This document shows, piece by piece, positions 27,736 through 41,560 of a stretch of 64,000 nucleotides of DNA (positions within the stretch are counted from its first letter, which is position 1; each line of letters starts with the position of its first letter). The notes beneath the pieces are model-generated. The model made no database searches and was not told where the DNA came from. It worked only from the letters and a program-made list of their open reading frames with translations. The stretch lies in assembly GCF_009914755.1 (NCBI RefSeq), contig NC_060939.1, one strand, 5' to 3'. This DNA comes from the human T2T-CHM13v2.0 reference genome, Homo sapiens. The position numbers and the translations under genes are program-made.

Positions 27736-30700
27736 TTCCTTTCGTTTCCATTCCATTTGATGCCATTCCATTCAATTCTGTTCTACTCGACTCCAATACA
27801 TTCAATTCCATTCCATCCGATTCCATTACATTCTTTTCATTTCTTATCCATTTCAAGCCATTCCATTCCATTCCATTCCATTCCACTCGTTTGCTTTCCA
27901 TTCGAGTCCATTCCACTCCAGTCCATTCCATTCGAATCCATTTCACTCCAGTCCATTCCATTCGAATCCATTTCACTCCAGTCCATTAAATTCGAGTACA
28001 TTCCATTCCATTCTATTCAATGCCATTCCATTCGATTCTATTCCATTTGACACCATTCCTTTCCATTCCGTTCCATCCGATTCCATTCCATTGTATTCCA
28101 TTCAATTCCATTCCATTGCATTCCATTCGTTTCCATTCCATTCGAATTCATTCCACTCAAGTCCATTCCATTCGAGTCCATTCCATTCGATATCATTCCA
28201 TACTATTGAATTCCATTCGATTCCATTGTTTTCGAATAAATTCCAACCGAGACCATTCCTTTCGTGTCCATTCTATTTGACTGCATTCCATTTGAGTCCA
28301 TTAAATTTCTGCACATTCCATTCCTTTCCATTCCATTCCATTCCATTCCTTTCGGTGCCATTCCATTCCACTCTAATCCATTCAAGTCCATTCCATTTGA
28401 GTCCATTCCATTGATTCGATGCCATTACATTCAATTCTATTCCATTCGACTCCATTCTATTCCATTCCCTTCCAAACGATTCCATTCCATTCTATTACTT
28501 TCTATTCCAATCCATTCCATTCCGTTCCATTCGTTTCCATTCCATTCGAGTCCACTCCATTCCAGTCCATTCCATTCGATTCCATTCCATTCCAGTCCAT
28601 TCCATTCAAGTCCATTCCACTGCATTCCATTCCATTCGATATCCTTCGATAACACCCCATTCCATTCTGCTCCTTAATATTCAATTCAATTCCATTCCAT
28701 TTGATTCCATTCCATTTGATTACATTCCATTCGACTCCATTCCATTCGACTCTATTCCATTCGAGTCCATTCCGTTCCATTCCATTGCATTCCGTTCGAA
28801 TCCCTATTCCATTCCATTTTGTTACTGTCCATTCCATTTGAGTCCATTCCATGACAAACCATTCCATTCGATTCCATTCCAATAGATTCCATTGCACTCG
28901 AATCCAGTGTGTTCCATTCCATTGCTTTCCATTCTATTACATTCCATTGCATTACATTCCATTCCATTTGATTGCATTCCATTCAATTCCATTAATTTCG
29001 AATCAATTACATTGCAATCCATTGCATTCGAGTTCTATTCCAGTCCATTGCATTCCGGCGCATGCCGTTCCATTCCATTCCATTCGCTTCCGTTCCATTC
29101 GAATCGATTGCATTGCAATGCTTTACATTCGAGTCCGTTTTATTCCAGTCCAATCCATTCCGGTCCATTCCGTTCGATTCCATTCCATTCGATGCCACTC
29201 CATACTATTGTATTTCATTCGATTCCATTCTATTCAAATAAATTCCATTCGAGACCATTCCTTTCGAGTCCATTCTATTTGAGTCCATTCCATTCGAGTC
29301 CATTATATTTGGGTCCATTCCATTCAATTCCATTGCAATCCATTCCATTCGATGTCACTCCATTCATTTCTATTCCATTAGAGTCCATGTCATTCGAGTC
29401 CATTCCATTCTATTCTATTCCACTCCATTTCATTCCATTCCACTCCATTCCATTCGTTGCCGTTCCATTCAATTCTATTATATTCCACTCCATTTACTTC
29501 CATTCCATTCCATTCCATTCCATTCTATCCATTTCCGTTCCATTCTATTCCTTTAAAGTCCATTCCATTCCATTCCATTCGTTTCCATTCCATTCGAGTA
29601 AAGTCCACTCCAGTCCTTTCCATTCGAGTCCATTCCTCTCCAGTCCATTCCGTTCAATCCATTCCATTCCAGTCCATTCCATTCGAGTCCGTTCCATTCC
29701 AGTCCATTCCATTCGAGTCAATTCCATTCCATTCGATATCTTTCCATAACGATCCATTCCATTCTATTCCTTTCGATTCCATTCAATTCCATTCTTTCTA
29801 TTTCATTCCATTCGATTCCCTTCCATTGGACTCCTTTCCATTCGAGTGCATTCCATTCCGTTCCATTTCTTTCTGTTCTGTATGATTCCTACCGTTCGAT
29901 TTCATTTTGTTCCAGTCTATTCCTTTCAAGTGCATTCCATTCCATTTCACTCCATTCGATTCCATTCCACTCGATTCCACTCCGTTCCATTTCACTGCAT
30001 TCCATTCTATTCAATTCTATTGCATTCCATTCCATTCCATTTGATTACATTCCATGCGATTCCATTCGAATTCGAATCAATTACATTGAAATCCATTACT
30101 ATTGAGTCCGTTTTATTCCAGTCCACTCCATTCTGCTCCATTCCATTTGATTCCATTCCATTCTATTCCATTCCGTACAGTTGCATTCCATTGGATTCCA
30201 TTCTATATCTATAAATGCAACTTGAGACCATTGCTTTTGAGTCCATTCTATATGATTCCATTCCATTCCAGTCCATTTCATTTGGTTCAATTCCATTCCA
30301 TTCCATTCCCTTCCATTCCATTCCATTTGATATCAATCCATACGATTCCATTCCATTCGAGCACATTCCATTCGAGTCCATTCCATTCGATGCCATTCCA
30401 TTTGATTCTATTCCATTAGACTCCATTCAATTCCATTAATCTCCATTCCATTCCATTCTACTCCAACTGATTCCATTCCATTCTATTCCTTTCCATTCCA
30501 TTCCATTCCATTCCATTCGCTTCCATTCCATTCGTGTCCATTCCACTCCAGTCCATTCCATTCGTGTCCATTCCATTCCAGTCCATTCCATTTGTGTCCA
30601 CTGCATTCCTTTCCACTCCATTCCATATTATTCCATTACACTCCATTCCATTCTATTACTTTCATTTCCATTCAGTTCCATTCCATTTGATTCCATTCCA

Positions 30701-31210
30701 CTCGGTTTCACTCCATTTGAGTCCATTCCATTCCATTCCATTCCATTCCATTCCATTCTGTTCCATTCCATTCCATTCCATTCCATTGGGTACCATTCCA
30801 TATTGTTCCATTCGATTCCATTCGAATCCATTCCATTCCAGTCCATTCCATTCGATTCCATTCCATTCCATTCGATTCCACTTGATTCCACTCCATTCCC
30901 TTCCACTGCATTCCATTCGATTCCATTCCATTGCATTGCATTCCATTCCATTGGATTGCATTCCATTCGATTCCATTCCATTCGAATCAATTACATAGCA
31001 ATCCATTACATTCGAGTCTGTTCTATTCCGTTCCATTCGATTTCGTTCCAATCCATTCGATTCCATTCCATTCGATTCCATTCCATACTATTGCATTCCA
31101 TTCGATTAAATTATACTCGAATAAATTCCATTCAAGACCATTTCTGTTGAGTCCTTTCTACTTGAGTCCATTCCCTTTGATTCCATAACATTTGAGTCCA
31201 TTCAATTCCA
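27736..31210 (+). repeat. Satellite unit 9 (3475 bp; mosaic haplotype)
   Basis: Marker 27757 to 31232. Confidence 0.9.
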
Positions 31211-34200
31211 TTCCTTTCGTTTCCATTCCATTTGATGCCATTCCATTCAATTCTGTTCTACTCGACTCCAATACATTCAATTCCATTCCATCCGATTCCA
31301 TTACATTCTTTTCATTTCTTATCCATTTCAAGCCATTCCATTCCATTCCATTCCACTCGTTTCCTTTCCATTCGAGTCCATTCCACTCCTGTCCATTCCA
31401 TTCGAATCCATTTCACTCCAGTCCATTCCATTCGAATCCATTTCACTCCAGTCCATTAAATTCGAGTACATTCCATTCCATTCTATTCAATGCCATTCCA
31501 TTCGATTCTATTCCATTTGACACCATTCCTTTCCATTCCGTTCCATCCGATTCCATTCCATTGTATTCCATTCAATTCCATTCCATTGCATTCCATTCGT
31601 TTCCATTCCTTTCGAATTCATTCCACTCAAGTCCATTCCATTCGAGTCCATTCCATTCGATATCATTCCATACTATTGAATTCCATTCGATTCCATTGTT
31701 TTCGAATAAATTCCAACCGAGACCATTCCTTTCGTGTCCATTCTATTTGACTGCATTCCATTTGAGTCCATTAAATTTCTGCACATTCCATTCCTTTCCA
31801 TTCCATTCCATTCCATTCCTTTCGGTGCCATTCCATTCCACTCTAATCCATTCAAGTCCATTCCATTTGAGTCCATTCCATTGATTCGATGCCATTACAT
31901 TCAATTTTATTCCATTCGACTCCATTGCATTCCATTCCCTTCCAAACGATTCCATTCCATTCTATTACTTTCTATTCCAATCCATTCCATTCCGTTCCAT
32001 TCGTTTCCATTCCATTCGAGTCCACTCCATTCCAGTCCATTCCATTCGATTCCATTCCATTCCAGTCCATTCCATTCAAGTCCATTCCACTGCATTCCAT
32101 TCCATTCGATATCCTTCGATAACACCCCATTCCATTCTGCTCCTTAATATTCAATTCAATTCCATTCCATTTGATTCCATTCCATTTGATTCCATTCCAT
32201 TCGACTCCATTCCATTCGACTCTATTCCATTCGAGTCCATTCCATTCCATTCCATTGCATTCCGTTCCAATCCCTATTCCATTCCATTTTGTTACTGTCC
32301 ATTCCATTTGAGTCCATTCCATGACAAACCATTCCATTCGATTCCATTCCAATAGATTCCATTGCACTCGAATCCAGTGCGTTCCATTCCATTGCTTTCC
32401 ATTCTATTACATTCCATTGCATTACATTCCATTCCATTTGATTGCATTCCATTCAATTCCATTAATTTCGAATCAATTACATTGCAATCCATTGCATTCG
32501 AGTTCTATTCCAGTCCATTGCATTCCGGCGCATGCCGTTCCATTCCATTCCATTCGCTTCCGTTCCATTCGAATCGATTGCATTGCAATGCTTTACATTC
32601 GAGTCCGTTTTATTCCAGTCCAATCCATTCCGGTCCATTCCGTTCGATTCCATTCCATTCGATGCCACTCCATACTATTGTATTTCATTCGATTCCATTC
32701 TATTCAAATAAATTCCATTCGAGACCATTCCTTTCGAGTCCATTCTATTTGAGTCCATTCCATTCGAGTCCATTATATTTGGGTCCATTCCATTCAATTC
32801 CATTGCAATCCATTCCATTCGATGTCACTCCATTCATTTCTATTCCATTAGAGTCCATGTCATTCGAGTCCATTCCATTCTATTCTATTCCACTCCATTT
32901 CATTCCATTCCACTCCATTCCATTCATTGCCGTTCCATTCAATTCTATTATATTCCACTCCATTTACTTCCATTCCATTCCATTCCATTCCATTCTATCC
33001 ATTTCCGTTCCATTCTATTCCTTTAAAGTCCATTCCATTCCATTCCATTCGTTTCCATTCCATTCGAGTAAAGTCCACTCCAGTCCTTTCCATTCGAGTC
33101 CATTCCTCTCCAGTCCATTCCGTTCAATCCATTCCATTCCAGTCCATTCCATTCGAGTCCGTTCCATTCCAGTCCATTCCATTCGAGTCAATTCCATTCC
33201 ATTCGATATCTTTCCATAACGATCCATTCCATTCTATTCCTTTCGATTCCATTCAATTCCATTCTTTCTATTTCATTCCATTCGATTCCCTTCCATTGGA
33301 CTCCTTTCCATTCGAGTGCATTCCATTCCGTTCCATTTCTTTCTGTTCTGTATGATTCCTACCGTTCGATTTCATTTTGTTCCAGTCTATTCCTTTCAAG
33401 TGCATTCCATTCCATTTCACTCCATTCGATTCCATTCCACTCGATTCCACTCCGTTCCATTTCACTGCATTCCATTCTATTCAATTCTATTGCATTCCAT
33501 TCCATTCCATTTGATTACATTCCATGCGATTCCATTCGAATTCGAATCAATTACATTGAAATCCATTACTATTGAGTCCGTTTTATTCCAGTCCACTCCA
33601 TTCTGCTCCATTCCATTTGATTCCATTCCATTCTATTCCATTCCGTACAGTTGCATTCCATTGGATTCCATTCTATATCTATAAATGCAACTTGAGACCA
33701 TTGCTTTTGAGTCCATTCTATATGATTCCATTCCATTCCAGTCCATTTCATTTGGTTCAATTCCATTCCATTCCATTCCCTTCCATTCCATTCCATTTGA
33801 TATCAATCCATACGATTCCATTCCATTCGAGCACATTCCATTCGAGTCCATTCCATTCGATGCCATTCCATTTGATTCTATTCCATTAGACTCCATTCAA
33901 TTCCATTAATCTCCATTCCATTCCATTCTACTCCAACTGATTCCATTCCATTCTATTCCTTTCCATTCCATTCCATTCCATTCCATTCTCTTCCATTCCA
34001 TTCGTGTCCATTCCACTCCAGTCCATTCCATTCGTGTCCATTCCATTCCACTCCATTCCATTTGTGTCCACTGCATTCCATTCCACTCCATTCCGTATTA
34101 ATCCATTACACTCCATTCCATTCTATTACTTTCATTTCCATTCAGTTCCATTCCATTTGATTCCATTCCACTCGGTTTCACTCCATTTGAGTCCATTCCA

Positions 34201-34685
34201 TTCCATTCCATTCCATTCCATTCCATTCCATTCTGTTCCATTCCATTCCATTCCATTCCATTGGGTACCATTCCATATTGTTCCATTCGATTCCATTCGA
34301 ATCCATTCCATTCCAGTCCATTCCATTCGATTCCATTCCATTCCATTCGATTCCACTTGATTCCACTCCATTCCCTTCCACTGCATTCCATTCGATTCCA
34401 TTCCATTGCATTGCATTCCATTCCATTGGATTGCATTCCATTCGATTCCATTCCATTCGAATCAATTACATAGCAATCCATTACATTCGAGTCTGTTCTA
34501 TTCCGTTCCATTCGATTTCGTTCCAATCCATTCGATTCCATTCCATTCGATTCCATTCCATACTATTGCATTCCATTCGATTAAATTATACTCGAATAAA
34601 TTCCATTCAAGACCATTTCTGTTGAGTCCATTCTACTTGAGTCCATTCCCTTTGATTCCATAACATTTGAGTCCATTCAATTCCA
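31211..34685 (+). repeat. Satellite unit 10 (3475 bp)
   Basis: Marker 31232 to 34707; a -5 and a +5 indel cancel. Confidence 0.9.
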
Positions 34686-37600
34686 TTCCTTTCGTTTCCA
34701 TTCCATTTGATGCCATTCCATTCAATTCTGTTCTACTCGACTCCAATACATTCAATTCCATTCCATCCGATTCCATTACATTCTTTTCATTTCTTATCCA
34801 TTTCAAGCCATTCCATTCCATTCCATTCCATTCCACTCGTTTCCTTTCCATTCGAGTCCATTCCACTCCAGTCCATTCCATTCGAATCCATTTCACTCCA
34901 GTCCATTCCATTCGAATCCATTTCACTCCAGTCCATTAAATTCGAGTACATTCCATTCCATTCTATTCAATGCCATTCCATTCGATTCTATTCCATTCGA
35001 CACCATTCCTTTCCATTCCGTTCCATCCGATTCCATTCCATTGTATTCCATTCAATTCCATTCCATGCATTCCATTCGTTTCCATTCCATTCGAATTCAT
35101 TCCACTCAAGTCCATTCCATTCGAGTCCATTCCATTCGATATCATTCCATACTATTGAATTCCATTCGATTCCATTGTTTTCGAATAAATTCCAACCGAG
35201 ACCATTCCTTTCATGTCCATTCTATTTGCATTCCATTTGAGTCCATTAAATTTCTGCACATTCCATTCCTTTCCATTCCATTCCATTCCATTCCTTTCGG
35301 TGCCATTCCATTCCACTCTAATCCATTCAAGTCCATTCCATTTGAGTCCATTCCATTGATTCGATGCCATTACATTCAATTCTATTCCATTCGACTCCAT
35401 TGCATTCCATTCCCTTCCAAACGATTCCATTCCATTCTATTACTTTCTATTCCAATCCATTCCATTCCGTTCCATTCGTTTCCATTCCATTCGAGTCCAC
35501 TCCATTCCAGTCCATTCCATTCGATTCCATTCCATTCCAGTCCATTCCATTCAAGTCCATTCCACTGCATTCCATTCCATTCGATATCCTTCGATAACAC
35601 CCCATTCCATTCTGCTCCTTAATATTCAATTCAATTCCATTCCATTTGATTCCATTCCATTTGATTACATTCCATTCGACTCCATTCCATTCGACTCTAT
35701 TCCATTCGAGTCCATTCCATTCCATTCCATTGCATTCCGTTCGAATCCCTATTCCATTCCATTTTGTTACTGTCCATTCCAATTGAGTCCATTCCATGAC
35801 AAACCATTCCATTCGATTCAATTCCAATAGATTCCATTGCACTCGAATCCAGTGCGTTCCATTCCATTGCTTTCCATTCTATTACATTCCATTGCATTAC
35901 ATTCCATTCCATTTGATTGCATTCCATTCAATTCCATTAATTTCGAATCAATTACATTGCAATCCATTGCATTCGAGTTCTATTCCAGTCTATTGCATTC
36001 CGGCGCATGCCGTTCCATTCCATTCCATTCGCTTCCGTTCCATTCGAATCGATTGCATTGCAATGCTTTACATTCGAGTCCGTTTTATTCCAGTCCAATC
36101 CATTCCGGTCCATTCCGTTCGATTCCATTCCATTCGATGCCACTCCATACTATTGTATTTCATTCGATTCCATTCTATTCAAATAAATTCCATTCGAGAC
36201 CATTCTTTTCGAGTCCATTCTATTTGAGTCCATTCCATTCGAGTCCATTATATTTGGGTCCATTCCATTCAATTCCATTGCAATCCATTCCATTCGATGT
36301 CACTGCATTCATTTCTATTCCATTAGAGTCCATGTCATTCGAGACCATTCCATTCTATTCTATTCCACTCCATTCCATTTCATTCCACTCCATTCCATTC
36401 GTTGCCGTTCCATTCAATTCTATTATATTCCACTCCATTTACTTCCATTCCATTCCATTCCATTCTATCCAATTCCCTTCCATTCTATTCCTTTAAAGTC
36501 CATTCCATTCCATTCCATTCGTTTCCATTCCATTCGAGTAAAGTCCACTCCAGTCCTTTCCATTCGAGTCCATTCCTCTCCAGTCCATTCCGTTCAATCC
36601 ATTCCATTCCAGTCCATTCCATTCGAGTCCGTTCCATTCCAGTCCATTCCAATCGAGTCAATTCCATTCCATTCGATATCTTTCCATAACGATCCATTCC
36701 ATTCTATTCCTTTCGATTCCATTCAATTCCATTCTTTCTATTTCATTCCATTCGATTCCCTTCCATTGGACTCCTTTCCATTCGAGTGCATTCCATTCCG
36801 TTCCATTTCTTTCTGTTCTGTATGATTCCTACCGTTCGATTTCATTTTGTTCCAGTCTATTCCTTTCAAGTGCATTCCATTCCATTTCACTCCATTCGAT
36901 TCCATTCCACTCGATTCCACTCTGTTCCATTTCACTGCATTCCATTCTATTCAATTCTATTGCATTCCATTCCATTCCATTTGATTACATTCCATGCGAT
37001 TCCATTCGAATTCGAATCAATTACATTGAAATCCATTACTATTGAGTCCGTTTTATTCCAGTCCACTCCATTCTGCTCCATTCCATTTGATTCCATTCCA
37101 TTCTATTCCATTCCGTACAGTTGCATTCCATTGGATTCCATTCTATATCTATAAATGCAACTTGAGACCATTGCTTTTGAGTCCATTCTATATGATTCCA
37201 TTCCATTCAAGTCCATTACATTTGGTTCAATTCCATTCCATTCCATTCCCTTCCATTCCATTCCATTTGATATCAATCCATACGATTCCATTCCATTCGA
37301 GCACATTCCATTCGAGTCCATTCCATTCGATGCCATTCCATTTGATTCTATTCCATTAGACTCCATTCAATTCCAATAATCTCCATTCCATTCCATTCTA
37401 CTCCAACTGATTCCATTCCATTCTATTCCTTTCCATTCCATTCCATTCCATTCCATTCGCTTCCATTCCATTCGTGTCCATTCCACTCCAGTCCATTCCA
37501 TTCGTGTCCATTCCATTCCAGTCCATTCCATTTGTGTCCACTGCATTCCATTCCACTCCATTCCATATTATTCCATTACACTCCATTCCATTCTATTACT

Positions 37601-38060
37601 TTCATTTCCATTCAGTTCCATTCCAATTGATTCCATTCCACTCGGTTTCACTCCATTTGAGTCCATTCCATTCCATTCCATTCCATTCCATTCCATTCCA
37701 TTCTGTTCCATTCCATTCCATTCGATTCCACTTGATTCCACTCCATTCCCTTCCACTGCATTCCATTCGATTCCATTCCATTGCATTGCATTCCATTCCA
37801 TTGGATTGCATTCCATTCGATTCCATTCCATTCGAATCAATTACATAGCAATCCATTACATTCGAGTCTGTTCTATTCCGTTCCATTCGATTTCGTTCCA
37901 ATCCATTCGATTCCATTCCATTCGATTCCATTCCATACTATTGCATTCCATTCGATTAAATTATACTCGAATAAATTCCATTCAAGACCATTTCTGTTGA
38001 GTCCATTCTACTTGAGTCCATTCCCTTTGATTCCATAACATTTGAGTCCATTCAATTCCA
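34686..38060 (+). repeat. Satellite unit 11 (3375 bp; most diverged, with a 95-bp deletion)
   Basis: -1 (~35066), -4 (~35228), -5 (~36455), +5 and -95 (~37720) account for the length. Confidence 0.9.
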
Positions 38061-41000
38061 TTCCTTTCGTTTCCATTCCATTTGATGCCATTCCATTCAA
38101 TTCTGTTCTACTCGACTCCAATACATTCAATTCCATTCCATCCGATTCCATTACATTCTTTTCATTTCTTATCCATTTCAAGCCATTCCATTCCATTCCA
38201 TTCCATTCCACTCGTTTCCTTTCCATTCGAGTCCATTGCACTCCAGTCCATTCCATTCGAATCCATTTCACTCCAGTCCATTCCATTCGAATCCATTTCA
38301 CTCCAGTCCATTAAATTCGAGTACATTCCATTCCATTCTATTCAATGCCATTCCATTCGATTCTATTCCATTCGACACCATTCCTTTCCATTCCGTTCCA
38401 TCCGATTCCATTCCATTGTATTCCATTCAATTCCATTCCATTGCATTCCATTCGTTTCCATTCCATTCGAATTCATTCCACTCAAGTCCATTCCATTCGA
38501 GTCCATTCCATTCGATATCATTCCATACTATTGAATTCCATTCGATTCCATTGTTTTCGAATAAATTCCAACCGAGACCATTCCTTTCGTGTCCATTCTA
38601 TTTGACTGCATTCCATTTGAGTCCATTAAATTTCTGCACATTCCATTCCTTTCCATTCCATTCCATTCCATTCCTTTCGGTGCCATTCCATTCCACTCTA
38701 ATCCATTCAAGTCCATTCCATTTGAGTCCATTCCATTGATTCGATGCCATTACATTCAATTCTATTCCATTCGACTCCATTGCATTCCATTCCCTTCCAA
38801 ACGATTCCATTCCATTCTATTACTTTCTATTCCAATCCATTCCATTCCGTTCCATTCGTTTCCATTCCATTCGAGTCCACTCCATTCCAGTCCATTCCAT
38901 TCGATTCCATTCCATTCCAGTCCATTCCATTCAAGTCCATTCCACTGCATTCCATTCCATTCGATATCCTTCGATAACACCCCATTCCATTCTGCTCCTT
39001 AATATTCAATTCAATTCCATTCCATTTGATTCCATTCCATTTGATTACATTCCATTCGACTCCATTCCATTCGACTCTATTCCATTCGAGTCCATTCCAT
39101 TCCATTCCATTGCATTCCGTTCCAATCCCTATTCCATTCCATTTTGTTACTGTCCATTCCATTTGAGTCCATTCCTTGACAAACCTTTCCATTCGATTCC
39201 ATTCCAATAGATTCCATTGCACTCGAATCCAGTGCGTTCCATTCCATTGCTTTCCATTCTATTACATTCCATTGCATTACATTCCATTCCATTTGATTGC
39301 ATTCCATTCAATTCCATTAATTTCGAATCAATTACATTGCAATCCATTGCATTCGAGTTCTATTCCAGTCCATTGCATTCCGGCGCATGCCGTTCCATTC
39401 CATTCCATTCGCTTCCGTTCCATTCGAATCGATTGCATTGCAATGCTTTACATTCGAGTCCGTTTTATTCCAGTCCAATCCATTCCGGTCCATTCCGTTC
39501 GATTCCATTCCATTCGATGCCACTCCATACTATTGTATTTCATTCGATTCCATTCTATTCAAATAAATTCCATTCGAGACCATTCCTTTCGAGTCCATTC
39601 TATTTGAGTCCATTCCATTCGAGTCCATTATATTTGGGTCCATTCCATTCAATTCCATTGCAATCCATTCCATTCGATGTCACTCCATTCATTTCTATTC
39701 CATTAGAGTCCATGTCATTCGAGTCCATTCCATTCTATTCTATTCCACTCCATTCCATTCCATTCCACTCCATTCCATTCGTTGCCGTTCCATTCAATTC
39801 TATTATATTCCACTCCATTTACTTCCATTCCATTCCATTCCATTCCATTCCATTCTATCCAATTCCGTTCCATTCTATTCCTTTAATGTCCATTCCATTC
39901 CATTCCATTCGTTTCCATTCCATTCGAGTAAAGTCCACTCCAGTCCTTTCCATTCGAGTCCATTCCTCTCCAGTCCATTCCGTTCAATCCATTCCATTCC
40001 AGTCCATTCCATTCGAGTCCGTTCCATTCCAGTCCATTCCATTCGAGTCAATTCCATTCCATTCGATATCTTTCCATAACGATCCATTCCATTCTATTCC
40101 TTTCGATTCCATTCAATTCCATTCTTTCTATTTCATTCCATTCGATTCCCTTCCATTGGACTCCTTTCCATTCGAGTGCATTCCATTCCGTTCCATTTCT
40201 TTCTGTTCTGTATGATTCCTAACGTTCGATTTCATTTTGTTCCAGTCTATTCCTTTCAAGTGCATTCCATTCCATTTCACTCCATTCGATTCCATTCCAC
40301 TCGATTCCACTCCGTTCCATTTCACTGCATTCCATTCTATTCAATTCTATTGCATTCCATTCCATTCCATTTGATTACATTCCATGCGATTCCATTCGAA
40401 TTCGAATCAATTACATTGAAATCCATTACTATTGAGTCCGTTTTATTCCAGTCCACTCCATTCTGCTCCATTCCATTTGATTCCATTCCATTCTATTCCA
40501 TTCCGTACAGTTGCATTCCATTGGATTCCATTCTATATCTATAAATGCAACTTGAGACCATTGCTTTTGAGTCCATTTCATATGATTCCACTCCATTCAA
40601 GTCCATTACATTTGGTTCAATTCCATTCCATTCCATTCCCTTATATTCCATTCCATTTGATATCAATCCATACGATTCCATTCCATTCGAGCACATTCCA
40701 TTCGAGTCCATTCCATTCGATGCCATTCCATTTGATTCTATTCCATTAGACTCCATTCAATTCCATTAATCTCCATTCCATTCCATTCTACTCCAACTGA
40801 TTCCATTCCATTCTATTCCTTTCCATTCCATTCCATTCCATTCCATTCGCTTCCATTCCATTCGTGTCCATTCCACTCCAGTCCATTCCATTCGTGTCCA
40901 TTCCATTCCAGTCCATTCCATTTGTGTCCACTGCATTCCATTCCACTCCATTCCATATTATTCCATTACACTCCATTCCATTCTATTACTTTCATTTCCA

Positions 41001-41560
41001 TTCAGTTCCATTCCATTTGATTCCATTCCACTCGGTTTCACTCCATTTGAGTCCATTCCATTCCATTCCATTCCATTCCATTCCATTCCATTCCATTCCA
41101 TTCCATTCTGTTCCATTCCATTCCATTCCATTCCATTGGGTACCATTCCATATTGTTCCATTCGATTCCATTCGAATCCATTCCATTCCAGTCCATTCCA
41201 TTCGATTCCATTCCATTCCATTCGATTCCACTTGATTCCACTCCATTCCCTTCCACTGCATTCCATTCGATTCCATTCCATTGCATTGCATTCCATTCCA
41301 TTGGATTGCATTCCATTCGATTCCATTCCATTCGAATCAATTACATAGCAATCCATTACATTCGAGTCTGTTCTATTCCGTTCCATTCGATTTCGTTCCA
41401 ATCCATTCGATTCCATTCCATTCGATTCCATTCCATACTATTGCATTCCATTCGATTAAATTATACTCGAATAAATTCCATTCAAGACCATTTCTGTTGA
41501 GTCCATTCTACTTGAGTCCATTCCCTTTGATTCCATAACATTTGAGTCCATTCAATTCCA
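38061..41560 (+). repeat. Satellite unit 12 (3500 bp)
   Basis: +5 (~39845) and +20 in the variable tract. Confidence 0.9.
41056..41105 (+). repeat. Pure (TTCCA)10 tract, the longest allele of the variable microsatellite (also 48020-48069)
   Basis: Counted directly between TTTGAGTCCA and TTCTG. Confidence 0.9.

Noticed and set aside
39217-40215. Longest ORFs (332 aa; also 46181-47179)
   Set aside because: Each is created by a 5-bp insertion fusing two repeat-derived frames; there is no domain-like content or sign of coding constraint.
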